A stretch of DNA of 32,000 nucleotides from Cupriavidus necator. Lineage in GTDB: Bacteria; Pseudomonadota; Gammaproteobacteria; Burkholderiales; Burkholderiaceae. A program made the position numbers and the translations under genes. Below are positions 1 to 8,011 of the stretch, piece by piece; within the stretch, counting starts at the first letter, position 1; every line of letters starts with the position of its first letter. The notes under the pieces were generated by a model that searched no databases, was not told the origin of the DNA, and was given only the letters and a program-made list of their open reading frames with translations. The stretch lies in the NCBI RefSeq assembly GCF_016127575.1, contig NZ_CP066018.1:3510001-3542000 (forward strand). Reading direction: 5' to 3'.

Positions 1-71
1 CCCAGCTCGCCGGAGCCGAGCAGCATCACTTTGGTGGCAGAGGGGGAGAGAGGCGTTCCGAGTGTGGTCAT
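1..71 (-). CDS. purT: Formate-dependent GAR transformylase (PurT), first 23 codons only; gene runs off the left edge of the window
   Basis: The reverse complement of 1-71 starts with ATG (69-71) and reads [23 protein letters not shown](G). This matches the conserved PurT N-terminus as I recall it for E. coli ([27 protein letters not shown]). Only a very short piece is visible. Confidence 0.7.
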   Translation of the reverse strand, partial: [23 protein letters not shown]

Positions 72-208
72 GGCAGCGGATGGGGCGGGAAGGAAAGCCG
101 AGATTGTACGTGTTAGGGGACTGTCTTTGGCGCCGGCGAGCGCGCATATTGGTATGGGCCAGGGAAGGGCGCCTGGCGCGCGTGCCACCCAATTCAGCGA
201 CGAACCAT

Positions 209-234
209 AAAAAAACCCGCGCGGGGGCGGGCTT
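209..234 (-). terminator. Rho-independent terminator downstream of the MFS gene
   Basis: Minus strand reads AAG-CCCGC-ccccgc-GCGGG-TTTTTTT. The 5-bp GC stem pairs 216-220 with 227-231, with a 6-nt loop and a 7-T tail (plus-strand A-run 209-215). It lies about 100 nt after the MFS stop at 334 and upstream of the purT start. Confidence 0.55.
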
Positions 235-333
235 GAAAAGGCCTGAGGATCCAAGACCGGACCGCTCAGTGTTCATGCTAGGTGCTAAGCGCGCGCTCCG
301 CATCCCCCGTTCGGGGCGGCCCGGCACAGTGTT

Positions 334-1578
334 TCAGGACGTGGCCATCAGCGGCGGGCGCCGCCGCGTGGCCACGGCAAATGCAATTTGCGCCAGACCC
401 GCGGCCAGCCCCAGCGTCACGCCGACCTGCCACGCCACGGTGTAGGAACCCAGCGCGTCGTAGACCAGCCCACCGCCGAAGGCGCCGAAAAAGCTGCCGA
501 TCTGGTGGCTGAAGAACGCCACGCCGCCCAGCATGGCCTGCCAGCGCAGGCCGAAGGTCTCGGCGATCCAGCCCGATACCAGCGGCGCCACGCCCAGCCA
601 CAGGAAGCCCATTACCGCGGCGAACACCAGCGTGCTCTGCGGCGTGGGCGCGGACGTGAAGTACCAGGTCAGCGCCAGCGAGCGAATCGTATAGATGCCG
701 CCCAGCAGCATCAGCTTGTTGAAGCGGCCGCCGGCCCAGCCGAAGAAGATGCTGCCCAGCACGTTGAAGCCGCCGATCACGCCCAGCGCCTGCGCGCTCA
801 GCATCGGGTCCATGCCGCACACGTCCAGATACGACGGCAGGTGCGTGGTCAGGAAGACCAGCTGCATGCCGCAGACGAAATACGCCAGCGCCATCACCAC
901 GAACGGCGCGTGCCGCAGCGCGGTGCCCAGCGCTTCACGCGCGCTGTCCTGGCCGCGCCCTGCGGGCGACACCAGCGGCAGCCGGTCCACGCGCCCGGCA
1001 AACCACGCCGCGGGCAGCATCACCAGCGCCAGCAGCACGAACGCTGCCAGCCCGGCGCGCCAGCCGTAGGCCTGCGTCACCATCTGCCCGATCGGCGCCG
1101 CCAGCAGCGCGCCCAGCGAGCCCGCGCCAGACACCAGCCCCAGCACCGTGCTGCGCAGCGCCGCCGACACCGGCCGCGCCGCCACCGCCATCGCCAGGGC
1201 GCTGCCGGTGCAGGCCATCGACGCGCCGATGGCCACGCCCGCGCCCAGCGTGACGCCGACCATGCTGTGCGCGGTCGCCAGCAGCACCAGTCCGGTCACA
1301 TAGAGCAGCGAGCCGGCCAGCATCAGCGGCCGGAAGCCGATCCGCGTGGCCCAGGCCCCGGCCAGCGGCTGCAGCAGGCCCCACGCCAGGTTCTGTACCG
1401 CGATGGCGATGGTGAAATCCGATACCGAGATGCCGATGTCCCGCGTCAGCGGCGGCATGAAGATGCCAAGGCTCTGGCGCAGGCCCATGGCCAGGCTGAG
1501 CATCACGGAGGCGCCGATCAGGATCGGCAAGGCCGGGCGCAGGGCTTCGTAGCGGGAAGGCGCGGTGGGGGTAGGCAC
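334..1578 (-). CDS. MFS-family transporter (YbfB/YjiJ-like), 414 aa
   Basis: Long ORF made almost entirely of hydrophobic helices in two similar halves. The GTG start at 1578 is the only in-frame start upstream of the first TM helix (ILIGASVMLSLAMG). The overlapping + strand ORFs (388-1656 and others) are Arg/Gln/His-rich shadows. Confidence 0.85.
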   Translation of the reverse strand: MPTPTAPSRYEALRPALPILIGASVMLSLAMGLRQSLGIFMPPLTRDIGISVSDFTIAIAVQNLAWGLLQPLAGAWATRIGFRPLMLAGSLLYVTGLVLLATAHSMVGVTLGAGVAIGASMACTGSALAMAVAARPVSAALRSTVLGLVSGAGSLGALLAAPIGQMVTQAYGWRAGLAAFVLLALVMLPAAWFAGRVDRLPLVSPAGRGQDSAREALGTALRHAPFVVMALAYFVCGMQLVFLTTHLPSYLDVCGMDPMLSAQALGVIGGFNVLGSIFFGWAGGRFNKLMLLGGIYTIRSLALTWYFTSAPTPQSTLVFAAVMGFLWLGVAPLVSGWIAETFGLRWQAMLGGVAFFSHQIGSFFGAFGGGLVYDALGSYTVAWQVGVTLGLAAGLAQIAFAVATRRRPPLMATS

Positions 1579-1759
1579 GGTGTGGTCTCGTCGCTTGTCG
1601 TTATCGTTGTGAGCCCCGGGGCGCTTTCCATGTCTTTACATTTAAGCGTGCGCTGAATATACCGCAGGGTAGGGCGAGCGTATGCGCCAGGCTCAACCGT
1701 GTCAATTTGGCTTTGGGCGGGTCCGCCTTCCGCTTTGCCAAAGGCGGCCCCACACCTCG

Positions 1760-2752
1760 CTAGTCCAGACTGACCTTGGATGCCCGGATGGTCTCGCCCC
1801 AGCGCTTGATGTCGCCGCTGACCAGCGCGGCGAACTTCGGCTGCGGTTCGCCGCCAGGGATACCGCCCATGTCGCGGAACCTGGCCACCACCTCGGGGTC
1901 GCGCATGGCCTTGCCCAGCGCTTCCTGCAGCGTGGCGGCAATGGCCGGCGGGGTCCTGGCCGGCGCAAAGAAGCCCAGCCAGCCCATCACCACGAAATCC
2001 TTCACGCCGGCCTGCGCCATCGTCGGCACGTCCGGCAGTGCCGGCAGGCGTTCGGCGCTGGTCACCGCAAGCGCGCGCAGCTTGCCGGCGCGGATCTGCG
2101 GCAGCGCCTGCGTCAGGTTGTCGAACATGAAGGTGGTTTCGCCCGCCAGCACCGAGGTGGTGGCGGGTGTCGACCCCTTGTATGGCACGTGAATTACTTC
2201 GGTGCCAGTGCGCAGCCGGAACAGTTCCGCCGTCAGGTGCGTGGTCTGCCCGATGCCGGCCGAGGCGTAGGAATACTTCCCCGGGGACTGCTTGAGCTGC
2301 GCCACCAGCTCGGACACGCTGCGCACCGGCGCCTGCGCGCCGACCACCAGCACGTTGGCGAACGAGATCAGGTCCGTCAGCGGCATGAAGTCCTGTGGCT
2401 GGTAGGACAACTGCTTGTAGGCGCTGTAGTTGATTGCGTGCGAGCCGGTATTGCCGACCAGCAGCGTGTAGCCGTCCGGCGCCGCGCGCATGAAGGCCTG
2501 CGTGCCGATGATGCCGCCGCTGCCGGGCTTGTTGTCGACCACCACCGGCTGGCCCAGGATGGCCGACAGCTTCTGCGCCACCAGGCGCGTCGGGATGTCG
2601 GTGGTGCCGCCCGGCGCGCCGGGCACGATGATGGTGATGGGGCGCTCAGGCCAGGACGCGGCGCTGGCGGGCAGCGGCAGCGTGGCGGCGGCGGTCGCCA
2701 GCAGCAGGGCCGCGGACGTGTTGAACAGCGATTCTGGCAGCTTGTGTTTCAT
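1760..2752 (-). CDS. Bug/TctC-family (tripartite tricarboxylate transporter) periplasmic substrate-binding protein, 330 aa
   Basis: ATG at 2752 is preceded by GGAGGA (minus strand ...catGGAGGAgacccATG). Signal peptide is MKHKLPESLFNTSAALLLATAAATLPLPASA. The mature N-terminus WPERPITIIVPGAPGGTTD and ...DNKPGSGG... are hallmark Bug-family motifs. The track ORF 1760-3034 is 94 codons over-extended. Confidence 0.9.
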   Translation of the reverse strand: MKHKLPESLFNTSAALLLATAAATLPLPASAASWPERPITIIVPGAPGGTTDIPTRLVAQKLSAILGQPVVVDNKPGSGGIIGTQAFMRAAPDGYTLLVGNTGSHAINYSAYKQLSYQPQDFMPLTDLISFANVLVVGAQAPVRSVSELVAQLKQSPGKYSYASAGIGQTTHLTAELFRLRTGTEVIHVPYKGSTPATTSVLAGETTFMFDNLTQALPQIRAGKLRALAVTSAERLPALPDVPTMAQAGVKDFVVMGWLGFFAPARTPPAIAATLQEALGKAMRDPEVVARFRDMGGIPGGEPQPKFAALVSGDIKRWGETIRASKVSLD

Positions 2753-2795
2753 GGGTCTCCTCCATGTTCTGGTCTGTGTGCTGCTTGGCATGTGC

Positions 2796-2822
2796 GAACG
2801 GCCGGCTTGCGGCCGGCCGTTC
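2796..2822 (-). other. Strong GC-rich intercistronic stem-loop between the crotonase and Bug genes
   Basis: GAACGGCCGGC-ttgcg-GCCGGCCGTTC is a perfect 11-bp stem with a 5-nt loop. No T-tract follows on either strand, so it is more likely an mRNA-stabilising or processing hairpin than an intrinsic terminator. Confidence 0.4.
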
Positions 2823-2870
2823 TCTAGCCCAGGGCGGATGACATCGATGCCCTCGGTCTGGCGTGGGCCA

Positions 2871-3635
2871 TCACTTGCCCGTCCACACCGGCCTGCGCTT
2901 CTCGGCGAATGCGGCGGCACCCTCGCGGGCATCGGCCGAGGTGAACACCGGCGCCAGCAGCGGGCGCTGGCGCTCGAACATCTCCTCGGCGCTCCAGTCG
3001 GCGGACTCGGCCACGATCTGCTTGCTGACCGCAACCGCCAGCGGGCCGTTGGCGCCGATCTCTTCGGCCAGCGCCAGCGCGCCTGCCAGCGCCTGGCCTG
3101 GTTCGGTCAGGCGGTTGATCAGGCCATAGGCGTGGGCCTGTTCGGCGCCCAGCATATTGCCGGTCAGCGCGTATTCCATGGCGATGTGGTACGGCACGCG
3201 GCGCGGCAGGCGCATCAGGCCGCCGGCGCCGGCCACCAGCCCGCGCTTGACTTCAGGCAGGCCGAACCTGGCCGCGTTCGACGACACGATCAGGTCGCAC
3301 GCCAGCGCCAGCTCGAAGCCGCCGGCCAGCGCATAGCCTTCGACGGCGGCGATCAGCACCTTGCGCGGCGGCTTCTCGGTCAGCCCGCCAAAGCCGCGGC
3401 CAGGCAGGCTGGGACGCTTGCCTTCCAGGAAGCCCTTCAGGTCCATGCCCGAGCAGAAGGTGCCGCCCGCGCCGGTCAGGATGGCCACGCTCAGGTCGTC
3501 GCGGCTTTCCAGCTGGTCGATGGCGGCGGCCAGCGCGGTCGCGGTCTCGAAGTCCATGGCGTTTTTCGCCTGGGGCCGGTTCATGGTGATCAGCAGCGTA
3601 TTGCCGCGGGTTTCCAGTTGCAGCGTGTCGCTCAT
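2871..3635 (-). CDS. Enoyl-CoA hydratase/isomerase (crotonase superfamily), 254 aa
   Basis: ATG at 3635 (MSDTLQLETRGNTLLITMNRPQAKNAM) with AAGGA upstream. Crotonase oxyanion-hole segments are present: ILTGAGGTFCSGMDLK and AAVEGYALAGGFELALACDL. The track ORF is 47 codons over-extended. Confidence 0.9.
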   Translation of the reverse strand: MSDTLQLETRGNTLLITMNRPQAKNAMDFETATALAAAIDQLESRDDLSVAILTGAGGTFCSGMDLKGFLEGKRPSLPGRGFGGLTEKPPRKVLIAAVEGYALAGGFELALACDLIVSSNAARFGLPEVKRGLVAGAGGLMRLPRRVPYHIAMEYALTGNMLGAEQAHAYGLINRLTEPGQALAGALALAEEIGANGPLAVAVSKQIVAESADWSAEEMFERQRPLLAPVFTSADAREGAAAFAEKRRPVWTGK

Positions 3636-3678
3636 GCGGGATTCCTTGTCAGAAGTCGGTATCGGTGCAGCGCGCGGC

Positions 3679-4443
3679 TCAGCGCGGTGCCATGCGGATG
3701 GCGCCGTCCAGGCGGATGGTTTCGCCGTTGAGCATGGGGTTCTCCAGGATGTGCAGCGCGGTGGACGCGTATTCATCCGGTGCGCCCAGGCGGGGCGGGT
3801 GCGGCACCATGGCGCCGAGCGAGGCGCGCACGTTCTCCGGCAGCTTGGCCAGCAGCGGGGTGTCGAACAGTCCCGGGGCGATGGTGCAGACGCGGATCGC
3901 GCGCTGTGCCAGGTCGCGCGCGGCCACCAGGGTCATGCCGACGATGCCGGCCTTGGCCGAGGCATAGGGAATCTGGCCGATCTGGCCTTCGTAGGCGGCC
4001 ACCGACGCGGTCAGCACGCACGCGCCGCGCTCGCCGTCGATCAGTTCGTTCTTGGCCATGCGCGCGGCCCCCAGGCGCAGCGCGTTGAAGGTGCCGATCA
4101 GGTTGATGCGCACGATCGACTCGTACTTTTCCAGCGAACCCGGCGAGCCGTCCTTCTCGACCACGCGCACCGGGCCGCCCAGGCCGGCGCAATGGATCAG
4201 CGCGCGCAGCGGGGCAATGGCTTCGGCGGCGTCGTAGACGGCGTTCATCTGGTCGGTGTCGGTCACGTCGGCCTTGAGGAAGCGGACCTTGCCGCTGAAC
4301 TCGTCGACCGCGGCATTGCCGCGCTCTTCCGACAGGTCGGCGATCACGACGTCGACGCCGCGTTCCACCAGGCGCCGCACGCAGGCCAGGCCCAGGCCGG
4401 AAGCGCCGCCGGTCACGACGGCGGACATATTGGTCAGTTTCAT
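3679..4443 (-). CDS. Short-chain dehydrogenase, 3-hydroxyacyl-CoA dehydrogenase type-2 (HSD10-like), 254 aa
   Basis: SDR cofactor motif VVTGGASGLG at the N-terminus and catalytic YxxxK in QIPYASAKAG. Overall length and the C-terminal ...NGETIRLDGAIRMAPR tail are typical of HSD10/FadB2x-type enzymes. Confidence 0.88.
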   Translation of the reverse strand: MKLTNMSAVVTGGASGLGLACVRRLVERGVDVVIADLSEERGNAAVDEFSGKVRFLKADVTDTDQMNAVYDAAEAIAPLRALIHCAGLGGPVRVVEKDGSPGSLEKYESIVRINLIGTFNALRLGAARMAKNELIDGERGACVLTASVAAYEGQIGQIPYASAKAGIVGMTLVAARDLAQRAIRVCTIAPGLFDTPLLAKLPENVRASLGAMVPHPPRLGAPDEYASTALHILENPMLNGETIRLDGAIRMAPR

Positions 4444-4482
4444 GCTGTGTCTCCTTGACTGGATGTCTGGTTCAGGCGCCGC

Positions 4483-5661
4483 TTACAGGCGCTCGATGAT
4501 GGTGGCGTTGGCCATGCCGCCGGCCTCGCACATCGACTGCAGGCCATAGCGCTGGCCGCTGTCTTCCAGTGCATGCAGCATGGTGGTCATCAGCCGCACG
4601 CCGGAGGCGCCCAGCGGATGGCCCAGCGCAATGGCGCCGCCGCGCGGGTTCAGGCGTGCCGGGTCGGCGCCGAGCGCGCGCTGCCAGGCCAGCGGCACGC
4701 AGGCAAAGGCTTCGTTGATCTCGTAGTGGTCGATCTGGTCCAGCTTCAGGCCGCTCTTCTTGATCGCGCGCTGGCTGGCGGGGATCGGGGCGGTCAGCAT
4801 CATGACCGGATCGTCGCCGCACACGTCGAACGCCACGAAGCGAGCGCGCGGCTTCAGGCCCAGGCGCTGCGCCATGGATTCGCTCATCAGCAGCATGGCG
4901 GAGGCGCCGTCACTGATCTGCGAGGCATTGCCCGCGGTCACGTTCCAGCCGATCTGCGGGAAGCGGGCGCTGAGTTCGTCATTGCGGAACGAGGCCTGCA
5001 GCGTGCCCAGCTTCTCCACCGAGGTGCCCGGGCGGATGGTTTCATCCTGCTCGACCAGCCCGTTGGGCGTGCTGATGCCCAGGATCTCGCGGCGGAAGGC
5101 ACCGCTTTCGCGCGCGGTGGCGGCCAGCTCGTGCGAGCGGGCCGAATAGCTGTCCATGTCGTGGCGCGACAGTTCGTACTTGGCGGCCACCAGCTCGGCC
5201 GCAACACCCTGTGACACCAAACCCGGCGCATAGCGCGCTTCCATCGACGGGCCGTACGGGTTCTGGCCAATGCGGGCCGAGCCCATCGGCACACGGCTCA
5301 TCGACTCGATGCCGCAGGCGATGACGATGTCATAGGCGCCGGCCATGATGCCCTGCGCGGCGAAATGCACCGCCTGCTGGCTGGAGCCGCACTTGCGGTC
5401 GATGGTGGTGGCCGGCACGTGGTCAGGAAAGCCTGCCGCCAGCCACGCCACCCGGCCCGGGCCGGCGGACTGCTCGCCCGCCTGGGTCACACAGCCGGTG
5501 ATGACGTCGTCGACCAAACCCGGGTCCAGCTTGTTGCGCTCGACCAGGCCCTTGATGACCTGGGCCAGCAACTCGGTGGCATGGAGTTCGGTAAAGGCCG
5601 AGCCTGGCTTGGAGCGGCCCATCGGGCTGCGGATGGCGTCGACGATGACGGCTTGTTGCAT
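4483..5661 (-). CDS. Acetyl-CoA C-acyltransferase (degradative thiolase), 392 aa
   Basis: ATG at 5661 (MQQAVIVDAIRSPMGRSK) is preceded by AGGAGA. Thiolase active-site segments are present: DRKCGSSQQA (nucleophilic Cys), NEAFA, GGAIALGHPLGASG and MCEAGGMA. The track ORF 4483-6516 (677 aa) is a fusion with antisense sequence of the iclR gene. Confidence 0.93.
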   Translation of the reverse strand: MQQAVIVDAIRSPMGRSKPGSAFTELHATELLAQVIKGLVERNKLDPGLVDDVITGCVTQAGEQSAGPGRVAWLAAGFPDHVPATTIDRKCGSSQQAVHFAAQGIMAGAYDIVIACGIESMSRVPMGSARIGQNPYGPSMEARYAPGLVSQGVAAELVAAKYELSRHDMDSYSARSHELAATARESGAFRREILGISTPNGLVEQDETIRPGTSVEKLGTLQASFRNDELSARFPQIGWNVTAGNASQISDGASAMLLMSESMAQRLGLKPRARFVAFDVCGDDPVMMLTAPIPASQRAIKKSGLKLDQIDHYEINEAFACVPLAWQRALGADPARLNPRGGAIALGHPLGASGVRLMTTMLHALEDSGQRYGLQSMCEAGGMANATIIERL

Positions 5662-5877
5662 GCGGTGTCTCCTGAAAAGGCTGAACGTTGCGAGTCGTGG
5701 CTGGGATATTGAGACGTCTGTACCGAAATGTGATCGTCCAATACGATGAATTGGGATTCTGGCTTCGGAAAAGCGTCGTGTAAACCCAAATAACCCGGTT
5801 TGACTTTGGAAAAAACGAAGGGCAACATCCGGGTTTTGAGACGCACGTATCAAAAAACCTTGAATCAAGGCAATAAC
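5662..5877. promoter_or_regulatory. AT-rich divergent promoter/operator region between the thiolase operon and iclR
   Basis: This is the most AT-rich stretch in the left half of the window. It contains small inverted repeats: CCAAT-N7-ATTGG at 5738-5754 and the perfect palindrome CCTTGA-a-TCAAGG at 5858-5870, which overlaps the iclR SD. No promoter hexamers could be assigned with confidence. Confidence 0.5.
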
Positions 5878-6693
5878 ATGACGAATGCACCACACGCCTC
5901 CCTGACCCCGCCGCCCGCCGATGCCGACGGCGAGGCGCGCCTTGTCAGCGCGCTGGCGCGGGGCATTTCGATCCTCAACTGCTTTTCCCCGACGGTGCAG
6001 GAGCTCAGCAGCCGCGAACTGATGGAGCGCACCGGCCTGGCCAAGCCGACCCTGTTCCGGCTGCTCGACACCCTGTGCGAACTGGGCCTGCTGCACTATT
6101 CGGAGCGCTTGTCGCGCTACGTGCCCGGGGTCGGGCTGATCAACCTGGCCGCACCCGCGCTGGCACGCATGACGATCCGCCAGCTGGCGCGGCCGGCCAT
6201 GCAGGAGCTGGCGGACCACATCGCCGGGCAGGTGGAGCTGATCGTCGGCAGCGGCAATGCGCTGACCTACGTCGAAATCGCCCAGGGCGTGGGCAGTCAT
6301 GTGTTCCGGCCCGAGGTCGGCACGCGCGTGTCGGTCTCGCGCACGGGTTCCGGACGCGGCTACCTGATGCTGTTGACCGAGGCCGAGCGCGAGGCGTACC
6401 TCGCCCAGCTCCGCGCTGCCGATCCGCAGCGCGCCGACTGGCTGCAGGAGCGCCTGGCCGATGCCGCCCGCGACCTGCAAGACCACGGCTTCTGCCGCGG
6501 CCACCGCGACCTGCACCGCGAGGTGGAGTCGGTTGCCGTGCCGATGCGCACCCGCCGCGACGGCGAGGCGTGGATCTTTGCCGCCTCGGTGCCGGTATTC
6601 AGCCAGCAGAGCAAGCAGATGGAGGAAGACATCGGCCCGCGCCTGGTGAGCCTGGTGCGCAATGTAGAGGGAGCGCTGGGCGTGGCAGGCTGA
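5878..6693 (+). CDS. IclR-family transcriptional regulator, 271 aa
   Basis: ATG at 5878 follows AAGG. The N-terminal winged HTH (LVSALARGISILNCF...ELSSRELMERTGLAKPTLFRLLDTLCELGLL) and the C-terminal effector domain are typical of IclR. The TTG at 5800 in the track is an unlikely start. Confidence 0.88.
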   Translation: MTNAPHASLTPPPADADGEARLVSALARGISILNCFSPTVQELSSRELMERTGLAKPTLFRLLDTLCELGLLHYSERLSRYVPGVGLINLAAPALARMTIRQLARPAMQELADHIAGQVELIVGSGNALTYVEIAQGVGSHVFRPEVGTRVSVSRTGSGRGYLMLLTEAEREAYLAQLRAADPQRADWLQERLADAARDLQDHGFCRGHRDLHREVESVAVPMRTRRDGEAWIFAASVPVFSQQSKQMEEDIGPRLVSLVRNVEGALGVAG

Positions 6694-6725
6694 GCGGCAC
6701 AGCAGTCCGCCTGACGCTCAGCTGG

Positions 6726-7523
6726 TCAGTTGCCTGTGAACACTGGCGTGCGCTTGTCCAGGAACGCCTGCACTGCCTCACGGTGGTCGGCGGTCTGGTG
6801 CGACAGCGCCTGGAAGCCGGCGGACAGTTCCAGCAGCGTATCCAGGCGGGTATGCATGGCCTCGCGCATCAGGCGCTTGGCCAGGCGCACCGCGTGCGGC
6901 GGGTTGGCGGCGATGCGGCCGGCCAGCTCATAGGCCGTGGGCAGCAGCGCCTCGGGCGCGACCACGCGCGACACCAGGTTCCATTCCAGCGCCAGCCTGG
7001 CATCGATCGGCTGGCCGGTGAAGGTCATCTCCGCCGCCCGCGACAGGCCGATCACGCGCGGCAGCAGCCATGCGCCGCCGTCGCCGGGGATGATGCCGAG
7101 CTTGACAAAGGACTCGGCAAACTGCGCCCGCTCCGAGGCAATGCGGATGTCGCACATGCACGCCAGGTCCAGCCCCGCGCCCATGGCCGCGCCATTGACC
7201 GCGGCGATGACCGGCACTTCCAGGTTGAACAGCGCCAGCGGCAGCCGCTGGATGCCGCAGCGGTAGTCCTGACGGATTTCCATGCCCGGCACTGCGCCGG
7301 AGGCCTGGCGTTCCATGTCCTTGATATTGCCGCCAGACGAGAACGCCGTGCCCGCGCCGGTAATGACCACCGCGCGCACGCTGCGGTCGCCGTGGATGCG
7401 GTCGATCGCGGCCAGGAACTCCGCCACGGCGGTATTGCCGGTCAGCGGGTTGCGGCGCTCGGGCTCGTTCATCGTCAGGGTGACGATATGGTCCTGCTGC
7501 TCGTAGAGAAGGAAGTTGCTCAT
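6726..7523 (-). CDS. Enoyl-CoA hydratase/isomerase family protein, 265 aa
   Basis: ATG at 7523 (MSNFLLYEQQDHIVTLTMNEPERRNPL) with GGAGA upstream. Crotonase motifs VITGAGTAFSSGGNIK and AAVNGAAMGAGLDLACMCD are present. It is convergent with iclR. Confidence 0.9.
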   Translation of the reverse strand: MSNFLLYEQQDHIVTLTMNEPERRNPLTGNTAVAEFLAAIDRIHGDRSVRAVVITGAGTAFSSGGNIKDMERQASGAVPGMEIRQDYRCGIQRLPLALFNLEVPVIAAVNGAAMGAGLDLACMCDIRIASERAQFAESFVKLGIIPGDGGAWLLPRVIGLSRAAEMTFTGQPIDARLALEWNLVSRVVAPEALLPTAYELAGRIAANPPHAVRLAKRLMREAMHTRLDTLLELSAGFQALSHQTADHREAVQAFLDKRTPVFTGN

Positions 7524-7821
7524 GGTGGTGTCTCCGGATGCGCGATGCAGGCTGGTTGCCTGCCTTGGCGCCAAGGCTAAGCCACCGGCGCCCGCACCGT
7601 CCAATATTCATTTCTTCATCAGCAATATCCTGCACATATCGCTGGGCAGGCCCGGGACGCCAGCCATCTTGCGCCGGCGGCGCGACTTTCTGCGGGTAAT
7701 CCCTGTACCCATAATCGAATCGCTCACCGATTATCTATAGGCCCCGGCCACCGCGCGGCATCGCGCAGTTCCGTAATCCTGCAGTCCCGAATTCCAACAA
7801 GAATGCCCTACAGGAGACGAT

Positions 7822-8011
7822 ATGAGCCATGCGTTGACGCAGGCGACGGACCCCGTTGCCCCCGATGTTGCAATGCACCCCCACCGCACCATGAGGCGCG
7901 CCACAGGCTTCCTGGCAGCGGCCCTGGCGCTGGTGATGCAGGTCTTGCCCGCCGGCGCCGCGGCGCCGCGCAATGCGGCCGCCAAGGTTGACGGCGCCTT
8001 TATCAGTGCCC
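7822..8011 (+). other. Out-of-frame 5' segment of the quinohemoprotein ADH gene (SD, start codon, signal peptide)
   Basis: AGGAGA at 7812-7817 is followed by ATG at 7822. This frame encodes ...MRRATGFLAAALALVMQVLPAGAAAPRNAAAKVDGAFISA, a classical n/h/c signal peptide plus a mature N-terminus. It is in a different frame from the enzyme body that begins at 7973. Confidence 0.6.

Noticed and set aside
388-1656. Long ORFs antisense to or out of frame with recognised genes, e.g. 388-1656(+), 1682-2827(+), 8198-9769(-), 10076-11233(+), 11014-12462(+), 13749-15839(-), 22871-24280(+), 23986-25332(+), 26090-27181(+)
   Set aside because: These are typical GC-rich shadow ORFs. They are Arg/Ala/Gly/Pro/His/Gln-rich and low-complexity, have no motifs, and each fully overlaps a gene with clear family signatures on the other strand or frame.
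4483-6516. 677-aa ORF in the supplied track
   Set aside because: Only the last 392 codons (from ATG 5661, which has an AGGAGA SD) are thiolase. The N-terminal 285 codons are low-complexity antisense of the iclR gene and cross the AT-rich promoter region.
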